Assembly: GCA_043811535.1 (NCBI GenBank)
Contig: JBDRNC010000008.1
Span: forward strand, 1 to 64,000
From: Elusimicrobiota bacterium
GTDB taxonomy: Bacteria; Elusimicrobiota; Endomicrobiia; Endomicrobiales; JBDRNC01
Direction of reading: 5' to 3'
DNA: 64,000 bases
In this document: positions 36,502-47,253 of the stretch, piece after piece
How positions within the stretch are numbered: the first letter of the stretch is position 1
Layout: every line of letters begins with the position of its first letter
The notes under the pieces: model-generated
The model's database searches: none
Seen by the model: the letters and a program-made list of their open reading frames with translations, nothing else
What the model was told of the DNA's origin: nothing
Program-made: the position numbers and the translations under genes

Positions 36502-37880
36502 ATTGGCGCTACCTATTACTCGTTCCTGTATTAACTATCCTCATACTCTACACGGGCAAATACATCACCACCGCGCCCCTGATAGTCGCATGGATAATTG
36601 TCTCGCTGACAGTAGGCATCATCACTTTCCTGAAACCCGGACAGGGCCTTATAGTGATGGTCTTTTCAATGCTTCTCTCTCCCGAATTGAAACTCGCGTC
36701 AATCCCGGGGCGCGATATAGTCGTGCGGATAGACGATATATTGATTATCGTAATTGCCATTGCCTGGCTTGCACACATAGCCATGGACAAGGAATGGAAA
36801 GGTTTCGTAAAAACGCCACTGGACCGCCCCCTGCTGGTATTACTGGTTATCTACGCGATAAGCACTACCAACGGCATAATATTCGGGAACCTGAATGCCG
36901 TTAAGTCGCTGTTTTACGTTCTGAAATATTTTGAATACTTCCTTCTTTACTGGATAACTGCCAACATTATCACCTCCCGTAATGACATACCGCGCTACCT
37001 TTACGCTGGGTTGATAACCAGCGCGGCAGTGACTCTATATGCCTACTCGCTGTTCGGGCAAACCTTGCGCGTTTACGGCCCGTTTGATATCTCGCGGACT
37101 CTTGCGGGAAAAGCTGGAGAAGCGGCATCCCTGGGAGGATATTTTCTAATCATACTGGGAGTTGTGCTCGCATTCTATATTATGAGCGAAAAACGCGGCT
37201 GGCTGTACCTGATTTTCTTTCTCTCCATACTGCCTCCCTTCATCCGCACGCTGTCCAGGGCAAGTTATACCTCTTTCGCGGTCATGATGGTTGCGGTTTT
37301 ATTCATAGCGCCCAAGAAGAAATTCATCCTCGCGTCGATGCTCGTAGCCGGCATAGTATTCTTTCCCATGATTGCCAGTAATTACTACGAGACAATGCTA
37401 AGCAGGATACAAGGCACTTTTCAAGGCAGAAGATTGTCGTCATACCAGCTGGGCGCTTATAATGTGGAGGTTGAACAATCCGCGGCCGCGCGCTTCAACA
37501 ATTGGAAAAAAGCCGCTAATGTATGGCTTGTCAGAAAGCCGTTTATCGGACACGGCGTCAGCGGTGTAGGGCTTGTGGACACGCAGTATCCCCTTCTGAT
37601 AGGGGAAATAGGCATATTGGGATTTCTCGCGTTTTTCTACGTGATAGGAAAAATATTCTGGTTCTCTTTCAAATCATTAAAGAATGCGGCGTCTTCCCGG
37701 ATCGATAAAACGCTGGCACTCGGGCTTATTACGGCGCTGATCGGGTTACTGGTTCAGGGAATAGCTGTGAATACCTTTATCATCGTAAGGATTATGGAAC
37801 CGTTCTGGTTCCTGACAGCGCTTGTTGTAGGGGTCCCTAAAGAGGACGCCCCTTCCGAGGCCTTGAATGCACACGCATAA
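36498..37880 (+). CDS. O-antigen ligase / Wzy-like polymerase family membrane protein
   Basis: Multi-TM; TLSRAS motif; SAAARFNNW..PFIGHG periplasmic loop; GEIGILG. Confidence 0.8.
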   Translation: MNWRYLLLVPVLTILILYTGKYITTAPLIVAWIIVSLTVGIITFLKPGQGLIVMVFSMLLSPELKLASIPGRDIVVRIDDILIIVIAIAWLAHIAMDKEWKGFVKTPLDRPLLVLLVIYAISTTNGIIFGNLNAVKSLFYVLKYFEYFLLYWITANIITSRNDIPRYLYAGLITSAAVTLYAYSLFGQTLRVYGPFDISRTLAGKAGEAASLGGYFLIILGVVLAFYIMSEKRGWLYLIFFLSILPPFIRTLSRASYTSFAVMMVAVLFIAPKKKFILASMLVAGIVFFPMIASNYYETMLSRIQGTFQGRRLSSYQLGAYNVEVEQSAAARFNNWKKAANVWLVRKPFIGHGVSGVGLVDTQYPLLIGEIGILGFLAFFYVIGKIFWFSFKSLKNAASSRIDKTLALGLITALIGLLVQGIAVNTFIIVRIMEPFWFLTALVVGVPKEDAPSEALNAHA

Positions 37881-39321
37881 AAGCATAGCCAGGAATACTC
37901 TCGCCACAAATGCCTCTTCGGTGGTCAACCGCTTCATCGGACTGATTACTTCCGCGCTGCTCGCCCGCCAGTTAGGGACTGAAGCGTTCGGGCAAATCAC
38001 GCTATTCATAACTTTTTCCGCCATTTTCCTGAAAATAAGCGACTTTGGTATGCTTCAATACATTACAAGGGAGGTGGCCGCAAATATAAGCGATTCCGCC
38101 AGATGGCTTAGGCAAACGCTTATCCTGAAATCTCTGCTTTTAGGCGCCACAGCATTAATTATCGCGCTTGCTTTGTTTTTTGTGCACGTTTCAATCCCAA
38201 CTAAAATAATCATTCTCTGTTCGGTCTTTTTCGCTTTCGGAAAATCATATTATAACGTCGCCGACAGCTTTTACACGGCATGGGGGAAAGTCAATTATTC
38301 CGCTTTCTGGGAGTTCCTGTACGCCGCGTTAGTCCTCGCGTTAATATCAGTTCTGTATTTCCTGAAGATTCTTGGAATTAACAGCGCCGTTTTGATTTAT
38401 ACCGTGACTATCCTGATTATTGCCGCGATCTCGCTTTTTCATCTTAACTATAAATTCGTCCGTTTGAACAGCTTTCTGCCTGTTGAATTCAACTGGTCCA
38501 TCTTCACGAAAAGCTACCATTTCTTCGTAGCATCCCTTTCGGGAATAGTATTCCTTCAGGCCGACATACTCCTGCTCAGGTGGCTTCACGGCGCCGAGGC
38601 TACCGGATATTACGGCGCGGGACTGGCGCTGTATTCAGGGCTGGTCCTTCTGATCGCGAACATGTCCAGGGTCACGTTTCCTGTATTTTCAAAGTATTTC
38701 AAGGAATCCCTGGATGAATTCAAAAAAAACGCCGACAGGATACTTTGGTACATTTTAATACTCCTCTTTCCTCTTACGGCCGGGGGAATAGTCCTTTCCG
38801 GGCATATCATTACATTTATCTACGGGCACCAATTTGCGCCTGCCGCAATATCATTTTCTTTTCTATTGATTGCATTCTTATTCCATTTTCTGGGTTCTTT
38901 CCTGGTTATATTGCTGCAAAGCGGGCATCAGCAGGAATCCGCAGCTAAAATCAACCTTGTTGCCGTTTGCCTATCCGCTGTCATCGGAATACCGCTTATC
39001 TATATGTACAGCTATGTCGGAGCGTCCGTAATGCGAGTAGCAATTAATTTCTTTATTTGTATCGCATGTTTCATGGTTGTAAAAGGGAAAATAATAAAAA
39101 TATCCTTCAGTAATTCACTGTATAAACCTATAATTGCCACGCTCATCATGGCAATAATTCTCCTGTTATTAAGGGGAATGAATCTTATTCCTCTTCTTAT
39201 AATAGGCGTCGCATCATATTCAGCCGTAATATTGCTTCTTAAGACTTTTTCAAAAAACGAATATTCCTTTTTTGTTTCGCTGTTTATTCCTAAACGCACA
39301 TTTCAAGGGAGTGAGAAATGA
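37867..39321 (+). CDS. wzx: Wzx-type flippase
   Basis: IARNT...ARQLGTEAFG...DFGM...REVA; about 14 TMs; DILLL...GYYG. Confidence 0.88.
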   Translation: MHTHKSIARNTLATNASSVVNRFIGLITSALLARQLGTEAFGQITLFITFSAIFLKISDFGMLQYITREVAANISDSARWLRQTLILKSLLLGATALIIALALFFVHVSIPTKIIILCSVFFAFGKSYYNVADSFYTAWGKVNYSAFWEFLYAALVLALISVLYFLKILGINSAVLIYTVTILIIAAISLFHLNYKFVRLNSFLPVEFNWSIFTKSYHFFVASLSGIVFLQADILLLRWLHGAEATGYYGAGLALYSGLVLLIANMSRVTFPVFSKYFKESLDEFKKNADRILWYILILLFPLTAGGIVLSGHIITFIYGHQFAPAAISFSFLLIAFLFHFLGSFLVILLQSGHQQESAAKINLVAVCLSAVIGIPLIYMYSYVGASVMRVAINFFICIACFMVVKGKIIKISFSNSLYKPIIATLIMAIILLLLRGMNLIPLLIIGVASYSAVILLLKTFSKNEYSFFVSLFIPKRTFQGSEK

Positions 39322-40052
39322 AACCCAGAATCGGCACATGTGTTGAGATATTCATGGAACCAAAGAACAGATTCATCTCATTTTTACTTAATTGTCTGCC
39401 GTTCGGACTTGGCAAAAAACTAATGCGCCATACACCCGAAGCTTTGGCGGATATGCTTTATGATTATAAGCCGTATATGTCGCCACGACTCGTCGAGCTT
39501 CCGTTCATATTCAAGAACATCGGCAATCCGCCTTCCAAGATACTCGATGCCGGATGCAATTGGAGCACTGTGGGGATACAGCTTGCATCCTTAGGACATA
39601 AAGTCTGGGGAGCAGACTTTAATGACTACCAGCTTAAGCACCCAAACTTTACATTTATAAAAACAGATATATGTAAAACCGCATTTGACGGCGATTTTTT
39701 TGATTACTTGATAAATATTTCAGTCATTGAACACATCGGGCTTGGCTATTACGGCGACCCGGTGTCTTCTGCTGATCATATTGCCGTGAAAGAATTCTTC
39801 CGCATTCTTAAACCAGGCGGCGCATTACTGCTTACAACACATTATGGAATGAAATTTGAAAACAAGTCATTTAGGATTTATGATAACTTTGGAATTCAGG
39901 AACTATTAAAGCCGTTTAAATCTATTAAAACCGAATACTTCCAAAAAACAGACAATAGCTGGATGCCTTGTCCGGAAGAAATCGCAACAAACCAAGGTTT
40001 AGACGAAAGAAACCGCCCGAACGGACTCATTTTAATAACGGCAAAAAAATAG
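39318..40052 (+). CDS. Class I SAM-dependent methyltransferase (DUF268-like)
   Basis: ILDAGC; SVIEHIGLGYYGDP; RILKPGG. Confidence 0.82.
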   Translation: MKPRIGTCVEIFMEPKNRFISFLLNCLPFGLGKKLMRHTPEALADMLYDYKPYMSPRLVELPFIFKNIGNPPSKILDAGCNWSTVGIQLASLGHKVWGADFNDYQLKHPNFTFIKTDICKTAFDGDFFDYLINISVIEHIGLGYYGDPVSSADHIAVKEFFRILKPGGALLLTTHYGMKFENKSFRIYDNFGIQELLKPFKSIKTEYFQKTDNSWMPCPEEIATNQGLDERNRPNGLILITAKK

Positions 40053-40053
40053 C

Positions 40054-41214
40054 ATGAAAATAACACTCGATTGCTCTTCATTATTATTTAAGTCCTGGTC
40101 CGGGGCTACCAGATATGTCCGCGAACTTACCGAACACCTGCTTACAATTGACGACAAAAATGATTATAATCTCTTTTTCTATATCTGGGAAAGCGGAAGA
40201 AGGAAACAATTAAATGTAATTAGGGATCAATTCAAGGATTACCATGCTTCTTTCAAGACAATGCTGATTCCACAGAGGGTCCTTGAGTTCATCTGGAATA
40301 ACATGGGGCTCAACATTGTACCTTTAGATGGTCTTATAGGGGATTCTGATGTATTCCATGCGACAGGGCCCCGCGTTCCAAATCTTAAAAAATCCAAATT
40401 GATAACAACAATTCATGACCTTACAAGAATACGCCTTACAGAGCAAATACCCGAAAACATACGTAGACACTTTATTTCTAAGGCAAAACACGCGATTGAA
40501 CGCTCAAATATTATATTGACCGATTCCGAGAATTCAAAAAAAGATCTCGTTGACTTGTTAAAAGTATCCGAAAATAAAGTACGAACCGTTCACCTGGGTA
40601 TTAACCGGATATTCCGGCAAATAAATGACCGCACCGCAATTGACGAATGCAAGATCAAACTCGGCATTGACAGCCCGTACTTATTCTGCGTGGCTACGAG
40701 CCTTGGCGGAAACAAAAATCTTCCCGCATTGCTCAGAACATTTAAAATCTTCAAGGATAAGTATAAAACCAACCATAAGCTTGTGGTAACCGGCGCAATT
40801 TTCAGCGATTTCGGCGAGATTGCCAAACTCGCAGATTCATTCGGGATTAAAGATAATATAGTCTTTACCGGCCATGTCTCTGATGATGATTTGGTGCGGT
40901 TATACAACGGTGCTGATGTCTTCGTTTTTCTCTCGTTATACGAAGGGTTCGGGCTTCCTGTCTTGGAAGCCATGGCATGCGGCCTGCCTGTTGTCTGTTC
41001 CAATACCTCTTCTCTTCCGGAGATCGCAGGCGACGCCGCGGTACTCCACAACCCGGACAACCACGACGCAGTCGCGGAATCCATATATAAAATATTGAAC
41101 GATACCGGTTATAGGCAGAATCTCATCGCAAATGGTTTGGAAAGAGCGAAACTATTTACCTGGGAACGATGCGCTCAAAATACCTTAAACGTCTATAAAG
41201 AATTTAGCCGTTGA
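40054..41214 (+). CDS. Glycosyltransferase family 4
   Basis: TIHDL; SLYEGFGLPVLEAMACG; FTWERCA. Confidence 0.92.
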   Translation: MKITLDCSSLLFKSWSGATRYVRELTEHLLTIDDKNDYNLFFYIWESGRRKQLNVIRDQFKDYHASFKTMLIPQRVLEFIWNNMGLNIVPLDGLIGDSDVFHATGPRVPNLKKSKLITTIHDLTRIRLTEQIPENIRRHFISKAKHAIERSNIILTDSENSKKDLVDLLKVSENKVRTVHLGINRIFRQINDRTAIDECKIKLGIDSPYLFCVATSLGGNKNLPALLRTFKIFKDKYKTNHKLVVTGAIFSDFGEIAKLADSFGIKDNIVFTGHVSDDDLVRLYNGADVFVFLSLYEGFGLPVLEAMACGLPVVCSNTSSLPEIAGDAAVLHNPDNHDAVAESIYKILNDTGYRQNLIANGLERAKLFTWERCAQNTLNVYKEFSR

Positions 41215-41239
41215 AATTCCATATTTGGAGGTTATATCA

Positions 41240-42619
41240 ATGAAACTCTCCGTAGTCATCCCGGTCTATAACGAAATTAACACGCTTACGGAAATATTGA
41301 AAAAAGTGCAGGCGGTGCGCCTAGAAAAAGAAATAGTAATAGTTGATGATTATTCCACTGACGGCACAAGGGAGATACTTGAAAAGATAAGTGAAAAGAA
41401 CATTAAAGTATTCTTCAACGACAAAAACAGGGGAAAGGGCTTTTCCATTCGCAGGGGCTTTGAGCATGTCACGGGCGACATAGTCATCATCCAGGACGCC
41501 GACCTTGAATATTACCCCGATGAATACCCTCAGCTGCTTCAGAAGATCATCGAAGGCAAGGCCGATGTGGTTTATGGTACCAGGTTCCTCGGTGCAAGAA
41601 GGGTTTTTCATTTCTATCATTACCTGGGCAACATCTTCCTTAATACCATCGCGAATTTTCTTTACAATACGAATTTAAGCGATATGATGACCTGTTACAA
41701 GGCATTCGGTATAAACGTGCTACGCAAGCTTAAACTCAGGGCGGACGGTTTCGGGATTGAAGCCGAGATGACCGCGCAGATATTTAAAAGAAGATTGAGG
41801 GTATATGAAGTACCCATTTCTTACGACGGCAGGGATTTTGACGAAGGGAAAAAGATATCCTGGAAAGATTTCTTCAGGTCGCTTTACTGGCTGGTGCGCT
41901 GCAAATTTGAGACCTACGACGTGGGCGAAGATACGCTTTACAGGATGAGATTGATGAAAAACAACAACAAGTGGGCTTTTGATACTATTAAGCCTTTTCT
42001 GGGGAAACGCGTGCTCGAGATCGGTTCCGGGATAGGCAACATCTCTAAATTTCTTGCAGTTGATAAAAACAACCTTGTGGCGCTCACTGATATTAATGAG
42101 AACTATTTGGATTATCTCCGGCACAGATTCGTCGGGAATCCAAAAATAAATGTTTTTAATTGGGATGCATCTCACCCCCCGGCGACAGAACTAAAGCGGC
42201 TGAATATTGATACCGTTTTATGCATAAATGTCCTTGAACATATCGAAGATGACGGAGGGGTACTGGATAATATCCGGAATCTGATGACGGAAGACGGCAG
42301 GCTGATACTTATCGTGCCGTCCCTCAAAGCGCTTTACGGTTCCCTTGACGAAAAATTATGCCACCACAGAAGGTATGATAAAAAAGAGTTAATACAAAAA
42401 CTGCAAGAGCGCGGTTATGTCATCGAAAACATCAAATACCATAATATACTGTCCGTTCCTGGCTGGTTCGTGAATAGCCGGATACTGAAGAGTAAATTGA
42501 TGAGCAGTTTTCAAATTAAACTTTTTGACAGATTAATACCTTTTATATCGGTTATTGAAAAAACCGTCAAAATCCCGTTTGGGATGTCTTTAATAGCGAT
42601 TTGCAGGAAGAAATCTTAG
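41240..42619 (+). CDS. Fusion of DPM1-like GT2 (polyprenol-phosphate glycosyltransferase) and class I methyltransferase
   Basis: GGAGG RBS before ATG 41240. LSVVIPVYNE..VDDYSTDGT..QDADLEY in the N-terminal half; LEIGSGIG..NVLEHIEDD..HHRRY in the C-terminal half. Confidence 0.88.
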   Translation: MKLSVVIPVYNEINTLTEILKKVQAVRLEKEIVIVDDYSTDGTREILEKISEKNIKVFFNDKNRGKGFSIRRGFEHVTGDIVIIQDADLEYYPDEYPQLLQKIIEGKADVVYGTRFLGARRVFHFYHYLGNIFLNTIANFLYNTNLSDMMTCYKAFGINVLRKLKLRADGFGIEAEMTAQIFKRRLRVYEVPISYDGRDFDEGKKISWKDFFRSLYWLVRCKFETYDVGEDTLYRMRLMKNNNKWAFDTIKPFLGKRVLEIGSGIGNISKFLAVDKNNLVALTDINENYLDYLRHRFVGNPKINVFNWDASHPPATELKRLNIDTVLCINVLEHIEDDGGVLDNIRNLMTEDGRLILIVPSLKALYGSLDEKLCHHRRYDKKELIQKLQERGYVIENIKYHNILSVPGWFVNSRILKSKLMSSFQIKLFDRLIPFISVIEKTVKIPFGMSLIAICRKKS

Positions 42620-42625
42620 AGAAAT

Positions 42626-44242
42626 ATGAAAGCTAAATATATTATCCTTTCGGTTATCATACTCGGCGCTTTTATAAGATTCATCGGAATAAGTATCGGC
42701 ATGCCGGATTTTCCTATATTTGACGAGCCGAACGTTACAGAAAGAGCATTGCGCATGGGAACAGGCGATTTGAACCCGCACTGGTTTGCCAACCCATCGT
42801 TGTGGGTCTATTTGAATTTTGCTGTCTTCATATTGTATTTTATAATTGGAAAGGTTTTCGGCCTTTTCGCGTCTTCGCGCGACTTCGCGTTATCATTTTT
42901 CAAGGATCCTTCGGCTTTTTATATCTTATCCAGATCTGTAACCGCGGTTTTCGGCACGCTGGCAATTTTGCCGCTGTACTCTTTAATTAAACGTTGTTAC
43001 GATCAAAAGACCGCCTACCTTTCCATTCTGTTGTTTGCCGTCAATCCGCTGCTGGTACAGGAATCACATTTTGCCAAAGTTGATATCCCGATGCTGTTCT
43101 TTTTGCTTGTTTCAATGATATGGATCATGAAAACATATGAAGACAGCAGTCTTAAGAACTACGTAATGTCCGGCATTCTGATCGGACTTGCCGTCGGAAC
43201 GAAATATTCAGCGGTTGTTCTGTATGCACCGCTGTTTCTCGCGCATATTTTTAGCTCCGAAGGGTTTCGTTTCAAAAAACTATGGTCTCCAAGGCTCTTG
43301 CTTGGGATTGCTGTTTCATTTGTTGTATTGTTTCTCACTACTCCTTTCATGGCAGTTGACACTCAAAAGTTTGTCTCTGATATTATCGCAATTTATAAAT
43401 CAGACAAATTCGGGTGGTCATACATGTATGGAATACCGGAGAAATTGAGTATTTTGTATTACCCGAAGGTTATCCTTGAAGGCATGACGCTGCCGGCCCT
43501 GCTGTTTTCTATTGCCGGCGCGGGATTGCTTTTCTTACGCAGGATTAATCTAAAAGAACTGATATTATATTCGCCCGCCGTTTTAACCCTGCTTATATTG
43601 GCAAAAACAAACAATATGGGGGAACGTTTTGCGCTGCCGTTGATACCCTTTTTGCTTGTACTTGCATCTATAGCCGTCCTTTATGTGACAGGAAGATTTA
43701 AGAAGAAATTATTTGAATTATTCATTATTCTCATTTTAGTCTTGCCGGCCCTTCTTGTTTCCCTGAAAAGCGATCTATCAATGACAACAGATTCCACCAT
43801 AACGATTGCCAAGACATGGATACTTGCTAATATTCCTGAAGGATCAAGGATAATCAGGGAACCTATTACGCCGGAGCTTATCCCGACAGAAGCTCAGATG
43901 AGGATAAATCTTTCCAAAATTAGAAAAGAAAACCCGAAATTCGGCAATAAGACTGAATATATTTTAAAACAGGAAAATGTCAAAAGATACAATTTGAAGT
44001 ATATCGACGTGTTTGAAAAGGAAAAAGCGTATGAATTGAATTCACTGCTTTCATTCAGACCGGAATACATTATATTAAGCAGTGAGGTTTACAAGCGCTT
44101 CAAAAATAAGGACTTTTATCCGATTCAGAATAGATTCTATGCTTGGCTTGAAAAAAACGGCAAATTGGAAATTTCTTTTGAATCGAAATTTAAGTATTAT
44201 CCTACAATCCTTGTGTATAGAATCAAAAAGGGAAGCATTTAA
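42626..44242 (+). CDS. GT-C fold glycosyltransferase (ArnT/PMT-like)
   Basis: FDEP after TM1; LNPHWFANPSL; SHFAKVD; GLAVGTKY; ERFALP. Confidence 0.85.
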   Translation: MKAKYIILSVIILGAFIRFIGISIGMPDFPIFDEPNVTERALRMGTGDLNPHWFANPSLWVYLNFAVFILYFIIGKVFGLFASSRDFALSFFKDPSAFYILSRSVTAVFGTLAILPLYSLIKRCYDQKTAYLSILLFAVNPLLVQESHFAKVDIPMLFFLLVSMIWIMKTYEDSSLKNYVMSGILIGLAVGTKYSAVVLYAPLFLAHIFSSEGFRFKKLWSPRLLLGIAVSFVVLFLTTPFMAVDTQKFVSDIIAIYKSDKFGWSYMYGIPEKLSILYYPKVILEGMTLPALLFSIAGAGLLFLRRINLKELILYSPAVLTLLILAKTNNMGERFALPLIPFLLVLASIAVLYVTGRFKKKLFELFIILILVLPALLVSLKSDLSMTTDSTITIAKTWILANIPEGSRIIREPITPELIPTEAQMRINLSKIRKENPKFGNKTEYILKQENVKRYNLKYIDVFEKEKAYELNSLLSFRPEYIILSSEVYKRFKNKDFYPIQNRFYAWLEKNGKLEISFESKFKYYPTILVYRIKKGSI

Positions 44243-44248
44243 ACTAAT

Positions 44249-45337
44249 ATGAGCGGCAAAAGACCTGTGATACTGTTTTTGGACCAGCCGCTTGACCCTC
44301 CGGGCGGGGGACAGATCAGCCTTTTGTCTATTTTAAAGGCATTGGACAGGAATAGATTTGATTCAAATGTTTTTCTTTCCCGTGACGGCGCTTTCAGGAA
44401 TTTATTGACTACTAACGGATTAAGTGTCTCGGTAATGCCTTTACTCAGACTTTACTGGTCAATTAGGAAGCTCCGGCCTGATATTATCCACTGCAACTCG
44501 GCGGCCACAAAATATACGCTGATTTCCGCACTATCATCCAAACTCCTTAAAATACCTTTCATCTGGCATGTGAGAGTTGATGTGTCTGCGGGATGGAAAG
44601 ACCGAGTTATCGCGGCTATAGCCTCAAAAATCATCGTCAATTCAGAGTTTGTCAAGAACCGGCGTTTTGAAACAAATGAATTTGTCAAAATCACCAGGGT
44701 TTATAACGCCGTAGATACGGAAATATTCAAGCCGGGAATTGAAACAGAGTATCTCCGGAACGAATTCAAAATACCTGCGGATTCACCGGTAATCGGAGTA
44801 TTCTCAAGGTTTGATAGCTGGAAAGGGCACATACTTTTTATGCAATCAGCAAAAATAGTCCACGCCAGGAATAATAAAGTATGTTTCCTTCTGACCGGCG
44901 AGGGAAAAGAAAAAGACGAACTGCTCCGAACCGCTAAGGAACTTGGAATATCTGGAAATGCCGTGTTCACCGGTTACAGGAATGACGTGCCCGCCCTGAT
45001 GAACCTTTGCTCCGCAATCGTCTGCCCGTCAATTACCCCTGAACCTTTCGGAAGGATTGCTATTGAAGGAATGGCATGCGGCAAGCCCGTCATTGCGACC
45101 AACATGGGAGGACATACGGAAACCATAATCAGCGATGTTGACGGTATTCTTACAAAACCCGATCCTATATCGCTTTCCGGGGATATTTCAAGAATCCTTT
45201 CCGACACGCAGCTGAGTAATGTATTATCCTCGAATGGACGAAAAAAAGCCGTCTCCGTTTTCTCGGTTAATAATCATGTCCGGCTTATAGAAAACATATA
45301 TGAAGAGATCCTGGCGCTATCCGGAACGGAATATTGA
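44249..45337 (+). CDS. Glycosyltransferase family 4
   Basis: GGGQIS; WKGH; EPFGRIAIEGMACGKPVI. Confidence 0.92.
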   Translation: MSGKRPVILFLDQPLDPPGGGQISLLSILKALDRNRFDSNVFLSRDGAFRNLLTTNGLSVSVMPLLRLYWSIRKLRPDIIHCNSAATKYTLISALSSKLLKIPFIWHVRVDVSAGWKDRVIAAIASKIIVNSEFVKNRRFETNEFVKITRVYNAVDTEIFKPGIETEYLRNEFKIPADSPVIGVFSRFDSWKGHILFMQSAKIVHARNNKVCFLLTGEGKEKDELLRTAKELGISGNAVFTGYRNDVPALMNLCSAIVCPSITPEPFGRIAIEGMACGKPVIATNMGGHTETIISDVDGILTKPDPISLSGDISRILSDTQLSNVLSSNGRKKAVSVFSVNNHVRLIENIYEEILALSGTEY

Positions 45338-45370
45338 AGAATTGAAATATTCTGCAACAAAAAGGTTTAT

Positions 45371-46423
45371 ATGAAAATGTGTTATTTCGGAACATATGAC
45401 CCATTGTACCTGCGCAACCGTATTATTCAAAAGGGTCTGCGCGGCAACGGAATTGAAGTATATGAGTGCCGGACTGAATACACTAACATTTTCACAGTTT
45501 ACTTAAAGTTAATTTTGAAGTGGATGCGGCTTAAAAAAGATTTTTCCGCAATAATTGTCGGAGAAACAGGATATATTCTCATGCCCCTTGCCTGGATGCT
45601 TTCCAGGATTTGGGGGAAAAAGCTTTTTTTTGACGCCTTTTTCTCTTGCTATGAAGCATATGTTCTGGACAGAAAGCGCGTTAGGCCCGGGACTATTGAA
45701 GCAAAAAAACTTTTTTTTCTAGATAAATTCGGGTGTGCGCTTGCTGATATCGTAATTTTAGACACTTATTCGCATATTGATTATTTCAAAGAACAATTCG
45801 GCCTGAAAAACAGAATATTCAAGCGAGTGCTGGTCGGGGCGGATGACGCGGTATTCTCAGTAAAAACAAGGGCTCGCGGCAACGGACGATTCATTGTATT
45901 ATTCTGGGGAACATTCATCCCTCTTCACGGGGTTGAGTACATATTGAAGGCCGCGGACATTTTGAAATCCGATGGAACAATTATTTTCAAGCTTATCGGC
46001 AGGGGGCAGACATATCCCATGGCAATTAAAACGGCGCTAGACCTGAATCTGAAAAACATCGAATTTTCAGATTTCAAGAGCGAAGACGTTCTGGCTGAAG
46101 AAATAGCTACCGCGGACGTTTGCCTCGGTGTCTTCGGCGATACAGGTAAACCAATGCACGTGATACCCCACAAAGTGTTTCAGTCCTCCGCGATGAAAAA
46201 GCCTTCAATAACGGGAGATTCTCCGGCCGTTAAAGAAGTGTTTAGGGATAACGTTGACATTGTTCTCGCCGGAATGGCTGACCCGGCGGTTATTGCGGAC
46301 AAGATAATGATGCTGAAGAATGATTCCGGACTTAGACATCTGATAGCGGAAAATGCTTATAAAAACTTTACCGATAATTTTACTCCCAAAATAGTCACAA
46401 AACCATTGGTTGGACTTTTATGA
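45371..46423 (+). CDS. Glycosyltransferase (GT4-like, GT-B fold)
   Basis: FWGTFIPLHGVE; DVCLGVFG...VIPHKVFQ. Confidence 0.85.
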   Translation: MKMCYFGTYDPLYLRNRIIQKGLRGNGIEVYECRTEYTNIFTVYLKLILKWMRLKKDFSAIIVGETGYILMPLAWMLSRIWGKKLFFDAFFSCYEAYVLDRKRVRPGTIEAKKLFFLDKFGCALADIVILDTYSHIDYFKEQFGLKNRIFKRVLVGADDAVFSVKTRARGNGRFIVLFWGTFIPLHGVEYILKAADILKSDGTIIFKLIGRGQTYPMAIKTALDLNLKNIEFSDFKSEDVLAEEIATADVCLGVFGDTGKPMHVIPHKVFQSSAMKKPSITGDSPAVKEVFRDNVDIVLAGMADPAVIADKIMMLKNDSGLRHLIAENAYKNFTDNFTPKIVTKPLVGLL

Positions 46424-47244
46424 TTGGGACAACGGTTTCATGCAGAATATGCAGTGGAAAAGACCTTAAAACCGGTAATCTTGCAAAAGAGCCGTATAAG
46501 ATACTGGAATGCAGTAACTGCGGCGTCTGGTTCCTTGACCCTCAGCCCGAAACATTTTCCGCGGCGCATCATTACGATTCCAATTACTACGCCGATTGGG
46601 AAAACACGCAGAAAGCTCGGCGTACAGCTCTGTGGAAAGAAAGACTCCGCGGTCTCATTCCCTACGTGCGCGGCAAAAAGCTTCTGGACATAGGCGCCGG
46701 GACCGGATTGTTTATGTCAACCGCGAAGAATGAGGGCTTTGAAGTGCATGGCACTGAGATTTCGGTGGATGCCTGCAAACTCGCGGAAAACGCTTACGGC
46801 ATAAAAATATTCAACGGTGACCTTTTAAAGGCCGGATTTGAAGATAATTCTTTTGATGTAATCACGATATGGCATGTTCTTGAGCACCTGACGGATCCGA
46901 TGGCGACGATAAGGGAAGTTTACAGGATTCTCAAGCCGGGTGGAATATTTCTGCTCGCGCTTCCCAACCTGAATAATTACTTTTTCAGGCTCATGTACCC
47001 CGTAGTCAGGCGAAAAAAATACCTGCTTTTCACGCCGGAAGACAGGGAGCAGCATTTCTTCTATTTCAACGGGCGCGCGCTAAGAAATATGCTTGAACTC
47101 GGTAAATTCAATGTTTTAAAAATAGCGCCCGATCTCGGCCAGGTTTCCTCTGGAAAACGCATCCTGGATTTTATGCCTTATCTGTTTTACGCGATATCCG
47201 GAATTATTTTTACTGACGCGATAAAAGCTGTCGCCAGAAAGTAA
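46420..47244 (+). CDS. Class I SAM-dependent methyltransferase with N-terminal Zn-ribbon
   Basis: CRIC...CSNC; LLDIGAGTG; WHVLEHL; LKPGG. Confidence 0.88.
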   Translation: MIGTTVSCRICSGKDLKTGNLAKEPYKILECSNCGVWFLDPQPETFSAAHHYDSNYYADWENTQKARRTALWKERLRGLIPYVRGKKLLDIGAGTGLFMSTAKNEGFEVHGTEISVDACKLAENAYGIKIFNGDLLKAGFEDNSFDVITIWHVLEHLTDPMATIREVYRILKPGGIFLLALPNLNNYFFRLMYPVVRRKKYLLFTPEDREQHFFYFNGRALRNMLELGKFNVLKIAPDLGQVSSGKRILDFMPYLFYAISGIIFTDAIKAVARK

Positions 47245-47253
47245 TCATCTATT

